Of a stretch of DNA of 64,000 nt, positions 39,690-53,884 are shown piece by piece (within the stretch, counting starts at the first letter, position 1; each line of letters starts with the position of its first letter). The notes beneath the pieces are model-generated. The model was not told the DNA's origin and ran no database searches. It saw only the letters and a program-made list of their open reading frames with translations. Location: positions 6,960,295 to 7,024,294 of the forward strand of contig MU058636.1 of the NCBI GenBank assembly GCA_013265495.1, written 5' to 3'. The translations under genes and the position numbers were made by a program. This stretch comes from Vicugna vicugna. Its lineage: Eukaryota.

Positions 39690-40742
39690 AAGCAAAACAA
39701 ATGCAAATGTTGAATATCTACTATATGCAAGATGTTAATGTGGGTACTTGGAGTAAAAAGACACATGCTTAAAGTTCCTACTTTTAAGGAGTTTATAATC
39801 TGGATGGAGAACAGATAATGAAAAGAAAAAAAAATCCTAGATATACAAAGTAAGCCATGATAGCACAAAATACACCATGTGGGTTCTAGAAAGCCTTCCT
39901 AGAATGGATGTTTCCTGTCTTGAGTCTGGAATCATAAGTAAAAATATTTAGAAAGATTGGGAGTTGTTACAGACAATGGTAAACATCAGATGCTAAAATA
40001 CCACCTTCTGCGTGAAACTACAGTAGTTCTGAATTACTCAGGTAGAAGCATGAGGCAGAAGATCTCTAAGGCTGAGACTGACAGTGTTACTAGGGAGTGT
40101 TCTGTGCCATGAGGAGCCTGTATTTTATCCTGAAAAGTACAGTGAGTTGAAGGATTTTTAAGTATGGCAATGAAAAGATCCAGTTTCTATGTTTAAACAA
40201 ATTATTCACCCAGTGTTCAGATTATGGTTTTAGAATGCCCAGACTTGAGGCAAGAGGCTGTGCTTGACCAAATCAGAGGTGATGGGAGCCTGAACTGAAT
40301 TGGTAGTGGCAGGAAGGAGAAGAAGGGGGCAACTTCAGACAAACTTAGGAGATACAATGTGAAGGACCAGGATGATTCACTGGTTGTGAGAAGTAAGAAC
40401 GAGGAGGGTCTAACCTGGGAGAAGAAATGATGTAGAAGCTGTTAAACATGTTTGGTAACGTGAAGATGCTGGGCTTTAGGGGAGACAGGAATGAAGTCAG
40501 CTTGGACTGTTGGGTATCCAGATTGTTCAAATGGATATAAAGTTTTGAAATTTGAGAGCCAAGTTCGGCATGGAGTTCATAATTTAAACCTCTGAGATCA
40601 CCCAAGGAAATGGACAAAATAGAAAGGAAAGATCAGTAGGCCAAAGTCAAATCTCCTGCAGAACAAGGTTTAATTGGCCAATGAAGGAGAGCTCCTCGGG
40701 GTACCAAGATGGAAGTCAGGCAGTAAAAGAACAAGAGAGAAT
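39690..40742 (-). mobile_element. LINE-2 fragment, interrupted by Tigger1
   Basis: Purine-rich antisense L2 motifs (caaatgttgaatatctactatatgcaag; gaaggattttaag; gatgggagcctgaactg). Appears to resume briefly after 43101. Confidence 0.65.
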
Positions 40743-40744
40743 TA

Positions 40745-43099
40745 CAGGCACACCTTGGATATACTGCGGGTTCAGTTCCTGACCACCTCAACAACAAAAG
40801 TATTGCAGTGAGTCAAGTCACACAAATTTTTTGTTTTCCCAGTGCATAGAATGTTATGTTTATACTATAGTGTAGTCTATTAAGTGTGTAATAGCATTAT
40901 GTCTAAAAAATGTACATTTCTTAATTTAAAAATACTCTATTACTAACAATGCTAACATCATCTGAGCCTTCAGCAAGTTGTAATCTTTTTGCTGGTGGAG
41001 GGTCTTGCCTCGATGTTGCTGGCTACTGATTGATCAGGGTAGTGGTTGCCAAAGGCGGGAGTGGCTGTGACAATATCCTAAAAAGATATCCTTTCACAAA
41101 CGATTTCTTTATAGCAGGCAATGGTGTTTGATAGCATTTACCCACAGTAGAACTTCTTTCAAATTGGGCTTAGTCCTCTCAGGCCCTTTCACTGCTTTAT
41201 CAACTAAGTTTATGTACCGTTTTTAATCCTTTGTTGTCATTCCAACAGTCTTGACGGCATCTTCACCAGGAGTAGTTTCCATCTCAAGAAACCCCTTTCA
41301 TCGCTCATCCAAAAGAAGCAACTCCTCAACCATTCAAGTTTTATCATGAGATTGCAGCCATTCAGTCACATCTTGAGGCTCTGCCTCTAATTCTAGTTCC
41401 TTGTCATTTCCACTACATCCACAGTTACTTCTCCACTGAAGTCTGGAACCACTCAAAGTCATCCATGAGGGTTAGAATCAACCTCTGCCAAATGCCTGTT
41501 AGTGTTGACATTTTGACCTCTTCCCATGAATCAGAAATGTTCTTAATGGCATCTAGTATGGTGAATCCTTTCCAGAAGATTTTCCATTTATTTTGCCCAG
41601 ATCCATCAGGGGAATCACTATCTATGGCAACTATAGCCTTATGAAATTCATTTCTTAAATAGACTAAGACTTAAAAGTAAAAATGACTCCTTGATCCATA
41701 GGCTGCAGAATGGATGTTGTGTTAATAGGACGAAAACAACATGAATCACCTCGTCCATCTCCATCAGAGCTCTTGGGTGACCAGGTGCATAGTCAATGAA
41801 CAGTAATAATTTGAAAGGAATCTTTCTTTCTGAGCAGTAGGTCCAACAGTGGGCTTAAAATATTCAGTAAACCATGTTGTCAACAGATGTGCTGTCATCC
41901 AGGCTTTGTTAGTGTATTTTATAGAGCACAGGCAGAATAGATTTAGCATAATTCTTAAGGGCCCTAGGATTTTGTGAATGGCAAATGAGCATTGGCTTCA
42001 ACCTAAAGCACCAACTGCATTAGCCACTAAAAAGAGAGTCAGCCTGTCCTTTGAGGCTTTGAAGCCAGGCATTGACTTCTCCTCTCTGGCTATGAAGGTC
42101 CGACTTGGCATCTTCTTCCAGTAGAAGGCTGTTTCATCTACATTGTAAATCTGTTGTTTAGCGTGGCCACCTTCATTAGTTACCTTGGCTAGATCTTCTG
42201 CATAACTTGCTGCAGTCTTCCATCAGCACTTGCTGCTTCATCTTGCACTTTTATGTTATGGAAATGGCTTCTTTCCTTAAACCTCATGAACCAACCTCTG
42301 CTAGCTTCAAACTTTTCTTCTGCAGCTTCCTCACCTCACTCAGCCTTCAGAGAATTGAATAGAGTTCGGGTGTTGTTCTGGATTAGGTTTGGCTTGAGGG
42401 AAAGTTGTGGCTGGTGTGATCTTCTATCCAGACCACTAAAACTTTCTCCATATCAGCAACAAGGTCGTTTCCCTTTCTTATCTTCCATGTGTTTGTTCAC
42501 TGGGATAGCACCCATAATTTCCTTTAAGAACTTTTCATTTGCATTCGCAACGTGGCTAACTCTTTGCTGCAAGAAGCCTAACTCTTGGCCTGTCTTGCCT
42601 TTCAACATGCCTTCCTCACTAAGCTTAATCATTTCTAGCTTTGGATTTCAAGTGAGAGACATGTGACTCTTCGTTTCGCTTGAACCCTTAGAGGCCAGTG
42701 TTGGTTTATTAATTGACCTAATTTCAATATTGTGTCTCAGGGAATAGAGAGGCCCCAGGAGTGGCAGAGAAACAGGGGAACAGGCTGATCAGTGGAACAA
42801 CCAGAACACACACAACGTCTATCAGTTAAGTTCTCAGCCTTCTATGGGTGGGGTTCGTGGTGCCCCAAAATAATGACAGTAGTAGTGTCAAGGATCAGTG
42901 ATTACACATCACCATAACAAATATGATAGTGAAAAACTTTTAAATGTTATGAGAATTGCCAAAATGTGACACAGAGACTTGAAGTGAGCAAATGCTGTTG
43001 GAAAAATGGCACCCATAGAGTTGGGCACAGGGTTGCCACAAACCTTCGATTTGTTACAAAAACACACTCTGCAAAGTGCAGTAAAACAAGTTATGTCTG
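40745..43099 (-). mobile_element. Essentially full-length Tigger1 (pogo-like Tc1/mariner) DNA transposon, decayed
   Basis: TIRs caggcacaccttggatatactgcg and gcagtaaaacaagttatgtctg, TA target duplications at 40743-40744 and 43100-43101, length ~2.36 kb. Transposase remnant [22 protein letters not shown] on the minus strand (41764-41949). Confidence 0.93.
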
Positions 43100-43734
43100 T
43101 AGCATGCCCTGGAAATCAAGGAACTCTTGCTCAGTATTTTTCAACCTGATACCCCTTGGAAAACAATTATTTTGAAATATTCTAAGGGGAAAAAGTATAG
43201 TTAAATGTGTTTGGAAAATTCTGGGTTTAAAAATAAAATATGACGCAGATTTTGGTATTTAAGTTGATGCAAGGACTCTTCCAAACCTTCAGCATATTGA
43301 CATGTACTTCCCTAACACCTGGGCTGAGGCTGAGGGGGGAGCCAAAGGAGCGAGGGACTAAGAGGTGGGCACTGAAGTCTAGGAGCTGAACAGAGGAGGG
43401 GAGTACAAGGTCAGAGAGTAGCTAAAGTAGGGGACGGAAAGCCAGGTAGAGTGAGTAACTGACTTGAACAGGAGGAAAAATATGTTTTCTGGAGAAAAAG
43501 CGATAATAATAAATGCAGAGGCAGAAAAGTCTTTAGATGGAGGAAGACATCAAAATAAATAACCAAATTTAATTGTCCCCAAAATATAAATGCTTCATTT
43601 GTTATACAGTCAGGATGGGCAAATGTTCAAATGTGAATTTTTCTAGGAAGGGGCCATATATTTAATCAGCTTCTCCAAGAGATGTGTGAGCACAAAAAAG
43701 GGTAAACACCACTACTTTATACTATAATACCTGA

Positions 43735-44460
43735 GCTTTCATCTTTGGTTCCTTAACCTAAAAAGTCTGACATTCAAGGCTTCGTGTGTTTTTTCCGTTT
43801 CATCTCCCACTGCTCCCCTTTGCACATCCTAATTGCTGACCAGTCTTATGTACTCCTGTTCATCCCCTGCATCTGTCTGTTTGTTCACTCTTCTCCCTGC
43901 TTACAACACTCTTCCCCCACACATGCATCTCTCCAGGTCCTACCCATCACAACTCACTTCAAATGCCACTGCCTCGTCCAGTCCCTACTACACCTCGTGC
44001 CCCCAATGCCCAACAAAGACTGGAAATCATCACAGTTCTGTGACTATAGAAATTTTTTCTTCTCCTCGCTTGGTGGGAGGAAGTATACATAACAGTAAAT
44101 ACCTGGGAGTTAGATAACCAGGTTTGAATCCTGTCTCTACCATTTACTAGTTGTGTGACCTTCCCTAAGTTACTTCAGCACCCAGTCTCACTTTCTTATC
44201 TATAAAATGGAAATAATAGTGGTACCGATCTCATAGGAGTGTTACGAGAAGTAAATGAGATTAACATATGTCAGGTGCTTTAATAATGATTAGCTAAACC
44301 CTTTCTCCCAAATGGCATACTTACCCCTGTATATTCTATCTTTACTTTGTATTATAAGCTCTTTGTGGGAAAAATTGATGTGTTACACATTACTGTGTTA
44401 TCTCTTAGTGCACAAAACCATGAATAGTTTTTGTTGACTACATGAATGAATGAATGAAGA
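43735..44460 (+). mobile_element. LINE-2 3' portion with a MIR inserted at ~44085-44295
   Basis: Pyrimidine-rich L2 body ending in (tgaa)n. Internal MIR ggtttgaatcctgtctctaccatttactagttgtgtgacctt...tctataaaatgg. Confidence 0.75.
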
Positions 44461-45930
44461 ATGCCGAGTTAAATATCTCTCTAAGCATTTAATTTACAAA
44501 GAGGGAACAACTTACACACTAGGAAAGATATGGCGGTTATAAAAGTATGCCATTTAAAAAAATAGTAGCATGCCTGTGATATAGCTGGAATGACCAATTA
44601 CATTATATAACTCTTACTGGTTTTCAGCATATTTTTTAATTTATCTTTTCTACAAAATGCAGTGTCTTTCATAATTTTAAAGAACAATTTGAAATCAATT
44701 CCAGAGAAATATAAAAGATGTAATCTTTTATTTTAATTGGCCTTTTTTACTATGACATATAAATGCAGCAATGGTGTATATCGTTTTTTATATTTAGTTC
44801 GATAAACACAGATTGCATACTGTGTGACAGAAACTGTGTTAGATGAAGAAGATAATACCCCTGTCTTCAAGTAGCTTGTGCCAAATGGGAGAAACAAACT
44901 TCTAAACACATATATTCAATATACGGTAAGTGCTGCAATAAAGATGTGCCAAGGAAACCATGGGAACATAAAGACAAGGCACTAGTCCAACCAGGGGTGC
45001 AAAGATGAAGTCCTCCTGGTCCGGTAGATTTAAATCATCTCCTCTGGTTTATTCACTCATCTAGTCTAGGAGGAACTTACTCTTCTTTATCATTAAATGA
45101 TATCCTAGTGCCATAAAAGAGTCAATACCCTTCCAGAAAGTGAAAAATGGATTCCACATGTTGAACTAAATGTGATATAACTAGAAACACAAATCTCAGC
45201 TGGCTCACCTAGCAAATGAAAAGGCAGAGCAAATTACCACAATGAACATTAAAAACATCCCTCTTTTTTAGTGTATATATATACATATATATACTAAGAT
45301 ATACATATATATGTATATATATATAATTTAGTATATATAACTCAGTAATATTTTACTTAAAATATATATGCTTTGTAAGCTTTTTGTTCCATAAAATTGC
45401 CTATGCAGAAAATGCACTAGTTTTTGTTGGTTTCTTTTTAACATAAAGAATTATTTATTCCACAAAGGAATTAAAAAACACAAATGGTACATTAAAGTTA
45501 GAGCCTATCAGATTATCTTTTAGGGCTTTTAAAAATTATTTGTTATCAACACATTAAATGAGATTTTATTCATGCAAAAATAGATGTTCTACCATGATGA
45601 ACAGGTATTTTGTTAAAATGCAGTTTTCAGTTGCTCTTATATAGAGGGCTCCATTCTTTCTATTCCTGTTTCAGACTCTGGTAAGCTGAGTTTTACCAGA
45701 GGTAGGTTTGCTCAGGTCTGAAAAGATTCACATGTGTTCTTAAGCACCTGTCTCATTTTGTATGGTGGTAGTCTAAGGAAACCACTGTACTGTGGGAGTG
45801 ATTGGTTATTGTTAATCTCAATCTAAGGATAGATTATGCAAAAAGTCACCAAAGAGTGTAAAGAGGTCACTTCTTGGGCATGGTGAGCTTTGTATAAAAT
45901 TTGGATTTCTAGAGTATTTATAATGGGTAG

Positions 45931-45934
<4 letters not shown>

Positions 45935-45981
<47 letters not shown>

Positions 45982-45990
45982 GTGTGTGTG
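45935..45990. repeat. (TG)n microsatellite: (TG)19 pure, then interrupted
   Basis: Read directly from the sequence. Confidence 0.98.
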
Positions 45991-47134
45991 TTAGGGAAGG
46001 AGGTAACAATGCTGGAAGTTAAATTTATAACTCTTGGAGTATGTATTCTATTACTTGTTTAAGTTATATTTTTCTGAGTCAAGCTAAAATATTCTGTAAC
46101 TATTTTCATTGCAAGAAGTTTTTGAAAATTTCAGAGGATCATTATTCTGATAATGTATTTGGACCACTATAAATACTCTCTTTACATAAAGAAAAGCAGC
46201 ACTGTGTAGAGATTTTGTTATGCTTTCTTTTTTTTCTTGAGGCATTTCAAATGCTTGAAACCCAGGGAACTGTGCTGGATAAAGGGAATCTAAGATCTTC
46301 TGCAATATTTTCCCCCGAACTCTCCTCTCCCCTAGGCACAAACTTCTCCATTTTCTTAATGCCTGAAGTTTTCCTAGAATCCCAAAACAAAGTTCCAACT
46401 TTCTCATATTCTTCAATAATTTATTTTAAATTACTTTGAGATTAAAGCATTTTACTCTTCTAATTCTGTGGGGCAAACATTTTCTTAAATTATTTTTAAG
46501 TATGGAACTATTAATTTAAAGTTCAAAGCAGTGGTAATATTTTAGATATGTTCAGTCACTCATGCTGTGAGTTATTTTCCTACAAATTTTATCACATTAT
46601 AGGAGTCATTGTAAAAATTTATTTATTTCTGTCTTAAAGATTTTTTGGAATAATGGCCTTTTTCACTAAACACAAAGGATTTCAAATTAGTTTTATTTCT
46701 TCTAAATAATTTCAGGATTTTAAGTTGAGTAATTTTACAAAGATTAGTCAATGCTTATTATCCCAAAATAGTGGTCTTTTTCATGTTCCAAAAGCAAATT
46801 GAACATGTGGTTTCAAAGTACTTGAGGTTGGAGTTAATCCATATAGCTAATAAAACTTTCATTAATATTAAACTAAGTTTAGCAAATATTCAGGTGACTC
46901 TATAATACATCATAATTTCATGTAAATATAGTTTTTGCGAACTGAAAGTTCATCAAATAATTGTAACAATGCCAATTTTAATTACTTCAACTCCTTGTCC
47001 CTATATATATTCTTTGTCATACTCTGTATTGAAATTTGAAAAGAATTTTAGCATTGTTTGAGAATTTAATCACCATAATTGCCTTTTAATAGCAGGAAAG
47101 CTGTTGACCACCCCCCCCCAAAATGATTAATTCC

Positions 47135-47703
47135 TGTATCTGAGAAAAAGAAAAGCAGCCCCTGACCTCAGGAAACCGGCCTGACCCTCACAAGGAGGCC
47201 TCGGTACTGTTGGGAGCTGGCCTGGGGCTCACAGCTTGACAAGGGTGTTCTCGTGTGGGACATAAACAACCTCACAGAACATCAGCATCAGACGAGGTCA
47301 CGTGATGATGTGAGGCAAAAGACAACTTTTTAATTTTGTCTAAGCACAGACAAAAACAAGGTCTCTTTACACACTGCTTGAATATTAACATCCCTTTCTC
47401 CTGATTGTACGAAGGACTGCTACTTCTTTGCCAGGTAGTTTTAGCCTAGGTCTAGTCCTAGATAAGATTTATTGAGACACCAGGTCACAGAATTACCGCT
47501 CTTCCCTGACAGAGCCCGGTCAAGCCCTGCGTCCTTGAATACTTCCCCAAATCACTTAACCAAAGCCCAGACCCTACAATAAGTCCCTTTTTACACTCAG
47601 TCGCCCCGAAGTTCCAATATATCCCTCACTGCATTGAGCAATAAACCCAACTTTCTCAACTGCAGTTGTGCTCCTGGTGGTCTTTGGCGGGAGGGTATTG
47701 ACA
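47135..47703 (+). mobile_element. Solo ERV LTR (MER89-like, family tentative)
   Basis: TG...CA termini (tgtatctgagaaaaag ... gggtattgaca), ~570 bp, AATAAA at ~47640 near the 3' end. Confidence 0.7.
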
Positions 47704-49324
47704 CATCCATATGTCCAAAATTGTGAATACTGAACCAGTAGTTAAGTAAAAATGTAAAAGAACTTTGTGAACTGTAAAGTTCTATTTAAAAGTTGATTAT
47801 TATTAAGATTTCTCGACTTACAACTTTGTTGTCAGGAGAATCCTCCAAACCCACAAGTATTTTTTTAACATTATAGTTTTAAAATATGTTTGATGAACAG
47901 TTCCCTTCTCAAATATAAAACATATGTATTTTCTACTCTACATTTACCATCTCAACTGATTAAAGATCCCATGGCTCTAAAGAGACGTTCCTTCTTCTAA
48001 AGACTCTTTCCATCATGTTTGGGTGATTTTTGCTCTAGTTCAGATTTTAAATTAGCATTTAAATTAATGGCAAGTAATATCCCTATCCTTCTTTCAAATA
48101 TAGGAATGGATCAATATTTCCTAAACATTACAGTGCCAATTCCAAAAGGTAAATGACATTTATTTTTTCCTTTAATTACCACGTTAGATGGTGGAATTTT
48201 AAACCATTGTATGCAGCAGTACAAGGGGAGGAGGTTTTGTTCCATCCATCTGTTTAACTATCTTTTAATAACCATCACTTTACTTCTGTATGTACTTAAA
48301 GACATTGATATAATTTATCCCTGTATTGCCATAGAAGTCATTAGAATGAATATATCTACAAACTCACTACATGAAACAAAGTTAGGAGATTAAATTTGTA
48401 CCTAGTTATCTTCTAGGACAGAATCTGCCAGATCATCATCTCTCTGACATCCAGACATGCTGCCCTTTCTAAACTATTTTTATTGGGAAAGGGATCCAAG
48501 GTGGTTTTTTTTTTTTTTTGGTTTGTGATTGTGCCTTATGTAAACATTTTAATATCGGATCCCTAAGATCCAGAGGCTCCCCCAAAGGGGATTAAAACAT
48601 AATCCCCTCTCTGTATTGCTGTAGTGGATTAACTCTATTCTCTCTGCGGCTGGTTGCTCCCTGAAGGCTACAACAAAAAGACTCAGCGCTCTTAAACATG
48701 CTATGGAATTGGAAGTTGTAATTGGAGATTTCCAAAGGACAAGGGTAAAAATGACACACTATTAAGGCTGAATATTTCATGAGTGTCTTTCTTAAAGAAA
48801 GACCGGTTCATAGCCCTTGTATGAACCCCCAGAAAAGTCTCCATTCAATAGAATGAGAATTGGAGTCAAATCAAAAGGAAACGCACTCGCCTTTCAGAAA
48901 CGCAGAAAAACAGGTAGAGAAAATGTGTTCCCTGTTAAAAGTTCACGGAATTGTGTACTTAAAATTCTTAACACTGTATATTTCGGTAAATCAGTTTGTA
49001 TGTTTCTGTATCGTGATTTTTAAATTCTTTCCCAATTTGTTTGGATATGTTAGATTACTTTTTAAGAGAAAGAAGCAGCTCGCCATGTTTAATGTTTTTG
49101 GCCATTCTTGGCTCCAGATGCTTGAAATCTCTGTTAAACCAGCAATCACTAGCTTTCTGTGTTTAGAATGACGACTTTTCTGAGGTTTTATCAAGGTTCA
49201 GCGATGTGTAAGAAGACACTTTGTTTCCGATGTGAATCAGGTCACCTTCTTTCTCACCTCGCCCCAGTCACAAGTAAACCTGGATTTCTCCTGAAGGGAA
49301 CTGTGAAAAGTGGCATCTAGAAGA

Positions 49325-49966
49325 GCGTCCCGGTGGCTTAAGGGTTAAGGGAGCGGTTCTAACCGGCCCGAGCGTTGGGGGCTTCGGAGGAGGGCGCGGA
49401 GGCAGGAGGCGCCGCCGAGCGCGCGCACAGACCCTCCAATAAACACAAAGGAGGGCCTGGGGAATAGAAACCCAAATCCACTTGTAATCGTACAAGAGAT
49501 TCGGGCATAATTACTTGAGCAACCTAGATTAAGATTGATGAGCCTTTAAAGTGGCGCTTCAGATCGACCGCCTCGCCCTTTGGAAAGAAAAACCTTATGG
49601 AGCCGAGGTGGACCCCGACTCCGCCCGGCTCGGGCGGAAGCTGCCTGCCCGAGACCCAGGCGGGAATCCGCGCGCCCCGAGCCCGGGCACCCCAGTGCGG
49701 GCTCCTCCGGGATAGAAAGCAGTAAAATAAAAGCTGGGCCTTAGCCTTAGCCTGACCCGGGCGGTCACGATCAGGGGTGCAGACTGACACAGTGTGCTTC
49801 ATAGCCACCCCTTTAAGCGCGACAGAAGCGGCCAGTTCCTCTCCGGTCCTCCTGCAGCAGAAACGCCCGGCTTTGTGCTGGACGGTCGCGGATTCGGTGT
49901 GTGCTGCTCCCTGGAAACGCGAAGTCCGCCGCAGTCCCCGCGCGGCCGGGCCGGGCCTGCTCGAGG

Positions 49967-49997
<31 letters not shown>

Positions 49998-50060
49998 CGG
50001 TCTCCCCGCGAGGAGCCGCCGCCGAGGGGCCCGGGCCTGAGGGGCCGCAGGGGACATACG
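49325..50060. promoter_or_regulatory. Intronic CpG island ~1.1 kb upstream of an NBEA exon and ~3.8 kb downstream of the MAB21L1 stop
   Basis: Abrupt GC- and CpG-rich segment in an AT-rich intron, with GC boxes (ccgccc, gggcgg). Raised CpG content continues to ~51250. Confidence 0.9.
49965..49991 (+). repeat. (GGC)9 trinucleotide repeat
   Basis: 27 uninterrupted nt within the CpG island. Confidence 0.97.
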
Positions 50061-51120
50061 TTTTCATTGCCTTTCTCCTGCTGTTGTTGTGACTCATTTG
50101 TGTGCATTTGAGGGGGGGAAAGTGGAAGGGAGTATAACGCGCCCTTGCTGCTGAAAAACGAATACATTTTTTCTGATTTCTAAGTTTGAATTTTAAGTCT
50201 ATGATAGAAAAGAATGCCTCCCCTTCGGGAAATTTTAAAGGGCAGTTAAGTAATCCTTCTTTGAATTGATATTCTAATAAATGAAATTTGTAATTTTCGA
50301 TTTTAATTCAAGTGGAAATTCGAAGTAAGCACCTTAGTATGCACACGTTCTGAACATCTTTTACGGAAGGTTAGTTCCTCTAGTCCCAAGAGTTGAGGAA
50401 CAGCACGTTTCTAATGCTTTTCTGACCATCGTTTTGTTCAGGCGTCTTACAATTTCATCATTTTTGACTTTTTCTCGGTGAGAAAAATAAGTGCTACAAT
50501 TTTCGTTCTTTTGTGCCTAAGAAATATTTGATGTCCATGTTTGCGCGTATGTCGATGTGCAGTGCGCTTTAGGACGCCGGTATTCCTTTTCTTGCAAGAT
50601 GCAAACCCGTTAGTGCAGTGGAATTTATGTGTTTAGACCCTGTACCCCTTCACGTCCTCCCGCCCATCCTGGGGGAATGCTGTTGCCCAGTTGACGGGCT
50701 TTACACGACGAGTGGTTTTGGGGGCCAGCGCTGACTGCCCAGGGTCTCTGGAAACGCGGCTGGCGCTCAATGGAGAATTGGGGCCTTGGAGAGTCTGTTC
50801 TGCACTTTTAAGTTAGCTAATGGCAGCGCCTCACCAACCATACAGGACTTCTAGGCGGCGGGTGCAGACCCGCTTGCTGAGAGCCACATTTTCGGTATGC
50901 TGACCTTTTGGGGTTTTATAGAATTATTTCTCTCTAGTCGCGTTATAAGGTAATGCATAAAAAGCAAAGCAGACCCATCTCACATGAAAGGAGTTTGCCG
51001 CATAATATAGACAACTTTTTTTTTTAGTGCAGCTTTAAAAATCAAAACCTGTGGTACCCTTCGGGGAGGGAGTGTCAGGGGCACAGAAGCGCAGCCTGAC
51101 TCCAGTGCCCTCTCTTTCAG

Positions 51121-51257
51121 GCCCAGTAGTTCTCAGCACCCCTGCCCAGCTCATCGCTCCCGTGGTGGTGGCCAAAGGGACTCTCTCCATCACCACGACA
51201 GAAATCTACTTCGAGGTAGATGAGGATGATCCTGCCTTCAAGAAGATCGACACGAAA
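51121..51257 (+). CDS. NBEA: Neurobeachin internal coding exon (137 nt, phase 1 to 0), start of the BEACH-type PH domain: (G)[45 protein letters not shown]
   Basis: Branch-like ctgac, acceptor ccctctctttcag|GC and donor AAA|gtgagt. The peptide is NBEA-type. Confidence 0.96.
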
Positions 51258-53023
51258 GTGAGTTAAAGTAATTTCGTTTGCAGTGCTGGTGGCTTTGTGG
51301 CAGGAAGTGGTTTTCAATTTTGCTTGGTTTTAAATGACAGTGGGGGAGGGGAGCACATTCCCATCTTTCTTGCAGAAAGTAAAATGAATGAAATAACACA
51401 CATGTTCTATTTCATGGGATTGAAGAATATATTAGCGATTTAAAATCTTGTATTACCAGATCATGCACATTTTGTACATTTTAACAGTCTGTCCATGAGT
51501 GCCTTTGTGTGCACTTGGTCAGATTTGATAGTTGAACCAATTTGTCCCAAGTCTCTGGGGTACAGCATCTCCAGCTCTTGGGGAAGACTGGGAAAGGTCT
51601 CTGGAAATTTCTTACCAAGATCACTTTTGATTTCCAAAAGTGTGCATTGCAATATGACTTATTTTTTATTGAAAGGTTATAAGAAAAAGGGCAGGGATTT
51701 GGATATAAATTCATCTCCCTTATTACATCCATTTTTTCACCTCCTGAAATAAAAGTGGATTTTATATGTGAATTTAAAAGGAAGAGAAACTGATTTTCTG
51801 AGAAGCTTTGATTTAAAATGTGTATACACAGTATATACTGGCACTCAGATGTTTAGTTTGTATTCTTCTGTGAGTGTAATGCCAGGCAATTCATATTTGG
51901 ATGATTTGAAATGCATAAATGTTTATTATATCTTATTGTGTAACTTTTAAAACGTGAGGTTTTGGCAGCTCTATTACTCTGCACTCTCTTCTGAAAACCA
52001 ATTCTGTTGTTTTAACTTTTGTTATTGTGCAATTTGTAAACTTTTTTTCCTGAGAATAAGAATTCAGAGAATAAGATATTCAGAGAATATCATGCTGGAT
52101 ATTCAAGCATCATTTTACAAAGATCTTCCTTTAAAGTATTTTTCAGAGGCAGTTATTCTAAACTAGTCAAAGACAAATGCTGCCATAGATCCAGAAGTGT
52201 ATAATTTATATTTAATTTATATAGAGAAATAAAGCAGCATAAAACACTATTTGTAGAATAGCAATTGAAATTCTAAAATTTACCCCCACCTGAATTAACT
52301 AACTACCTTAAGGCCCATAGGTGATTAGTCCTTCCTGCACTTGTTGACAATTAAAATACTCTGAAGGACAGTCACAGGACTTCTTTCACTTCTGGATCCA
52401 AAAGAATTGAATTTTGAAAATGAGTTTTAAATGTAATATATTTGATTTTAGATAATTTAAAATTTGTCTTTATGCCTTTATCATTGGCTTGCTCTATGAA
52501 GTAAAAAGTAATTTTGGATTTCTGATTCATTTATCCTGCCAGTGGAACCCTTCCTGCATAAAATAAGGTTTGACATAAAATAGGTCAGAAATTATCTTCA
52601 TTTTATTAGCATAGTTAGTTTTCATATACAAATTTCAGAAGTTTTATTAGAACTTTGTTAAGTTCATTTTCTCTGAGTTAGTATGATTTTTAACTCAGCA
52701 ACCTTGACTGTCATGACATATTTCATCCTTATATTTATCAAAAATTCTACAGAAATATTAGCCCAGAAGAGCAAGCTTTCAAAGATAAATTTAACTTGTG
52801 TCTGTTGTAGCATGAAATAGTCTCATAAAAAGTCAGCAACTGACAGTAGATCATTGTCTTCTGGAGCTATATAAAAAGCTTTTCTCTAATATTTTAGATT
52901 TTATTTTTAATAATTTCATTAGCGTATTTCTCACAATGTTTAAAATAGTCAAGTGGGTTCAGTTTTCAAAATGAAACATTAATCTTCTGACCGAAAAACA
53001 ATTTAAAGTGAAACACAACAACT

Positions 53024-53029
53024 TTTATT
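53024..53029 (-). terminator. MAB21L1: Candidate MAB21L1 polyadenylation signal AATAAA
   Basis: Minus strand AATAAAagttgttgtgtttcactttaaattgtttttc with a GU/U-rich downstream tract. Further AATAAA at 52900, 52643 and 52602 are alternatives. Confidence 0.5.
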
Positions 53030-53884
53030 TTACTTCATTTATTAGCTTCTAATTAAATAAAAACCAGCAACAGAAATTAAAATCTAAATCACAAAAGTAA
53101 TTATCCAGTGTATTTCAAGTGCATTTTTCAAATATATAATTCAGATATTCAAGCGTTATTATATAAGCTGAATTCAACTTTCTTTGAATATATTTAAATA
53201 ACATTTCAAGTATATTTATGGAATGTTAGAAATAGAACAAGCAATATATTTGAAACAAAATGTAAACTTTTTAAAGTTCAGACACTTCCAAAGATGGGTC
53301 AAAGTACCAGGAGGAAATCTACCTTTAAATCTTTGTTAGTGGAAAATGTCTGGAAGTATCCAAAATGGCAATTTAACTTCTGTTCACCAAATCACAAAAC
53401 ACCAACATCCACACTTTCAAAGACAATGTGAGATCACAATATTTGTTACAAATCAAAATATACATTACACTTTCCTTCAGATGGCATATCCAAATCGTGT
53501 TTACTCACAGCCAGATGCATCTAAATCACCAGGATTGCTATAATCCTTTGATAGTTAGGCAGTGTTCATTGTGGTCTTGCATTACAGCCAGGCTGTTTTC
53601 CGGGTGTTACTGTGTACTTTTCAAGGGAGATATGAAATCCTTTGTAAAGAAGTCTTCTAATACTTGTGGGTTTGGGGTTTTCTCCATCCGCTTTCCCTGC
53701 TTCTTTTTCTTCCCTTGGAGGGGTGGGTGAGATGATGCCTCAACATTGTATGAGTACTCCTTTTTAAGGAAGAGATTCTTTGCACTGTCAAGTGGAACAC
53801 TAGGTTGGAATCGAACAGGAAGTTTACACTCAGTGAGAACTTTGAGAATAGTCATCACATTTCGGCTCTCGATTACATTGTCCT

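Noticed and set aside
45268..45345. AT-rich near-palindrome or hairpin
   Set aside because: Simple (TA)n-type low complexity; the self-complementarity is trivial.
49524..50167. Poly-Ala/Gly/Arg/Pro ORFs in all frames
   Set aside because: Artefacts of the stop-poor CpG island and the (GGC)9 repeat.
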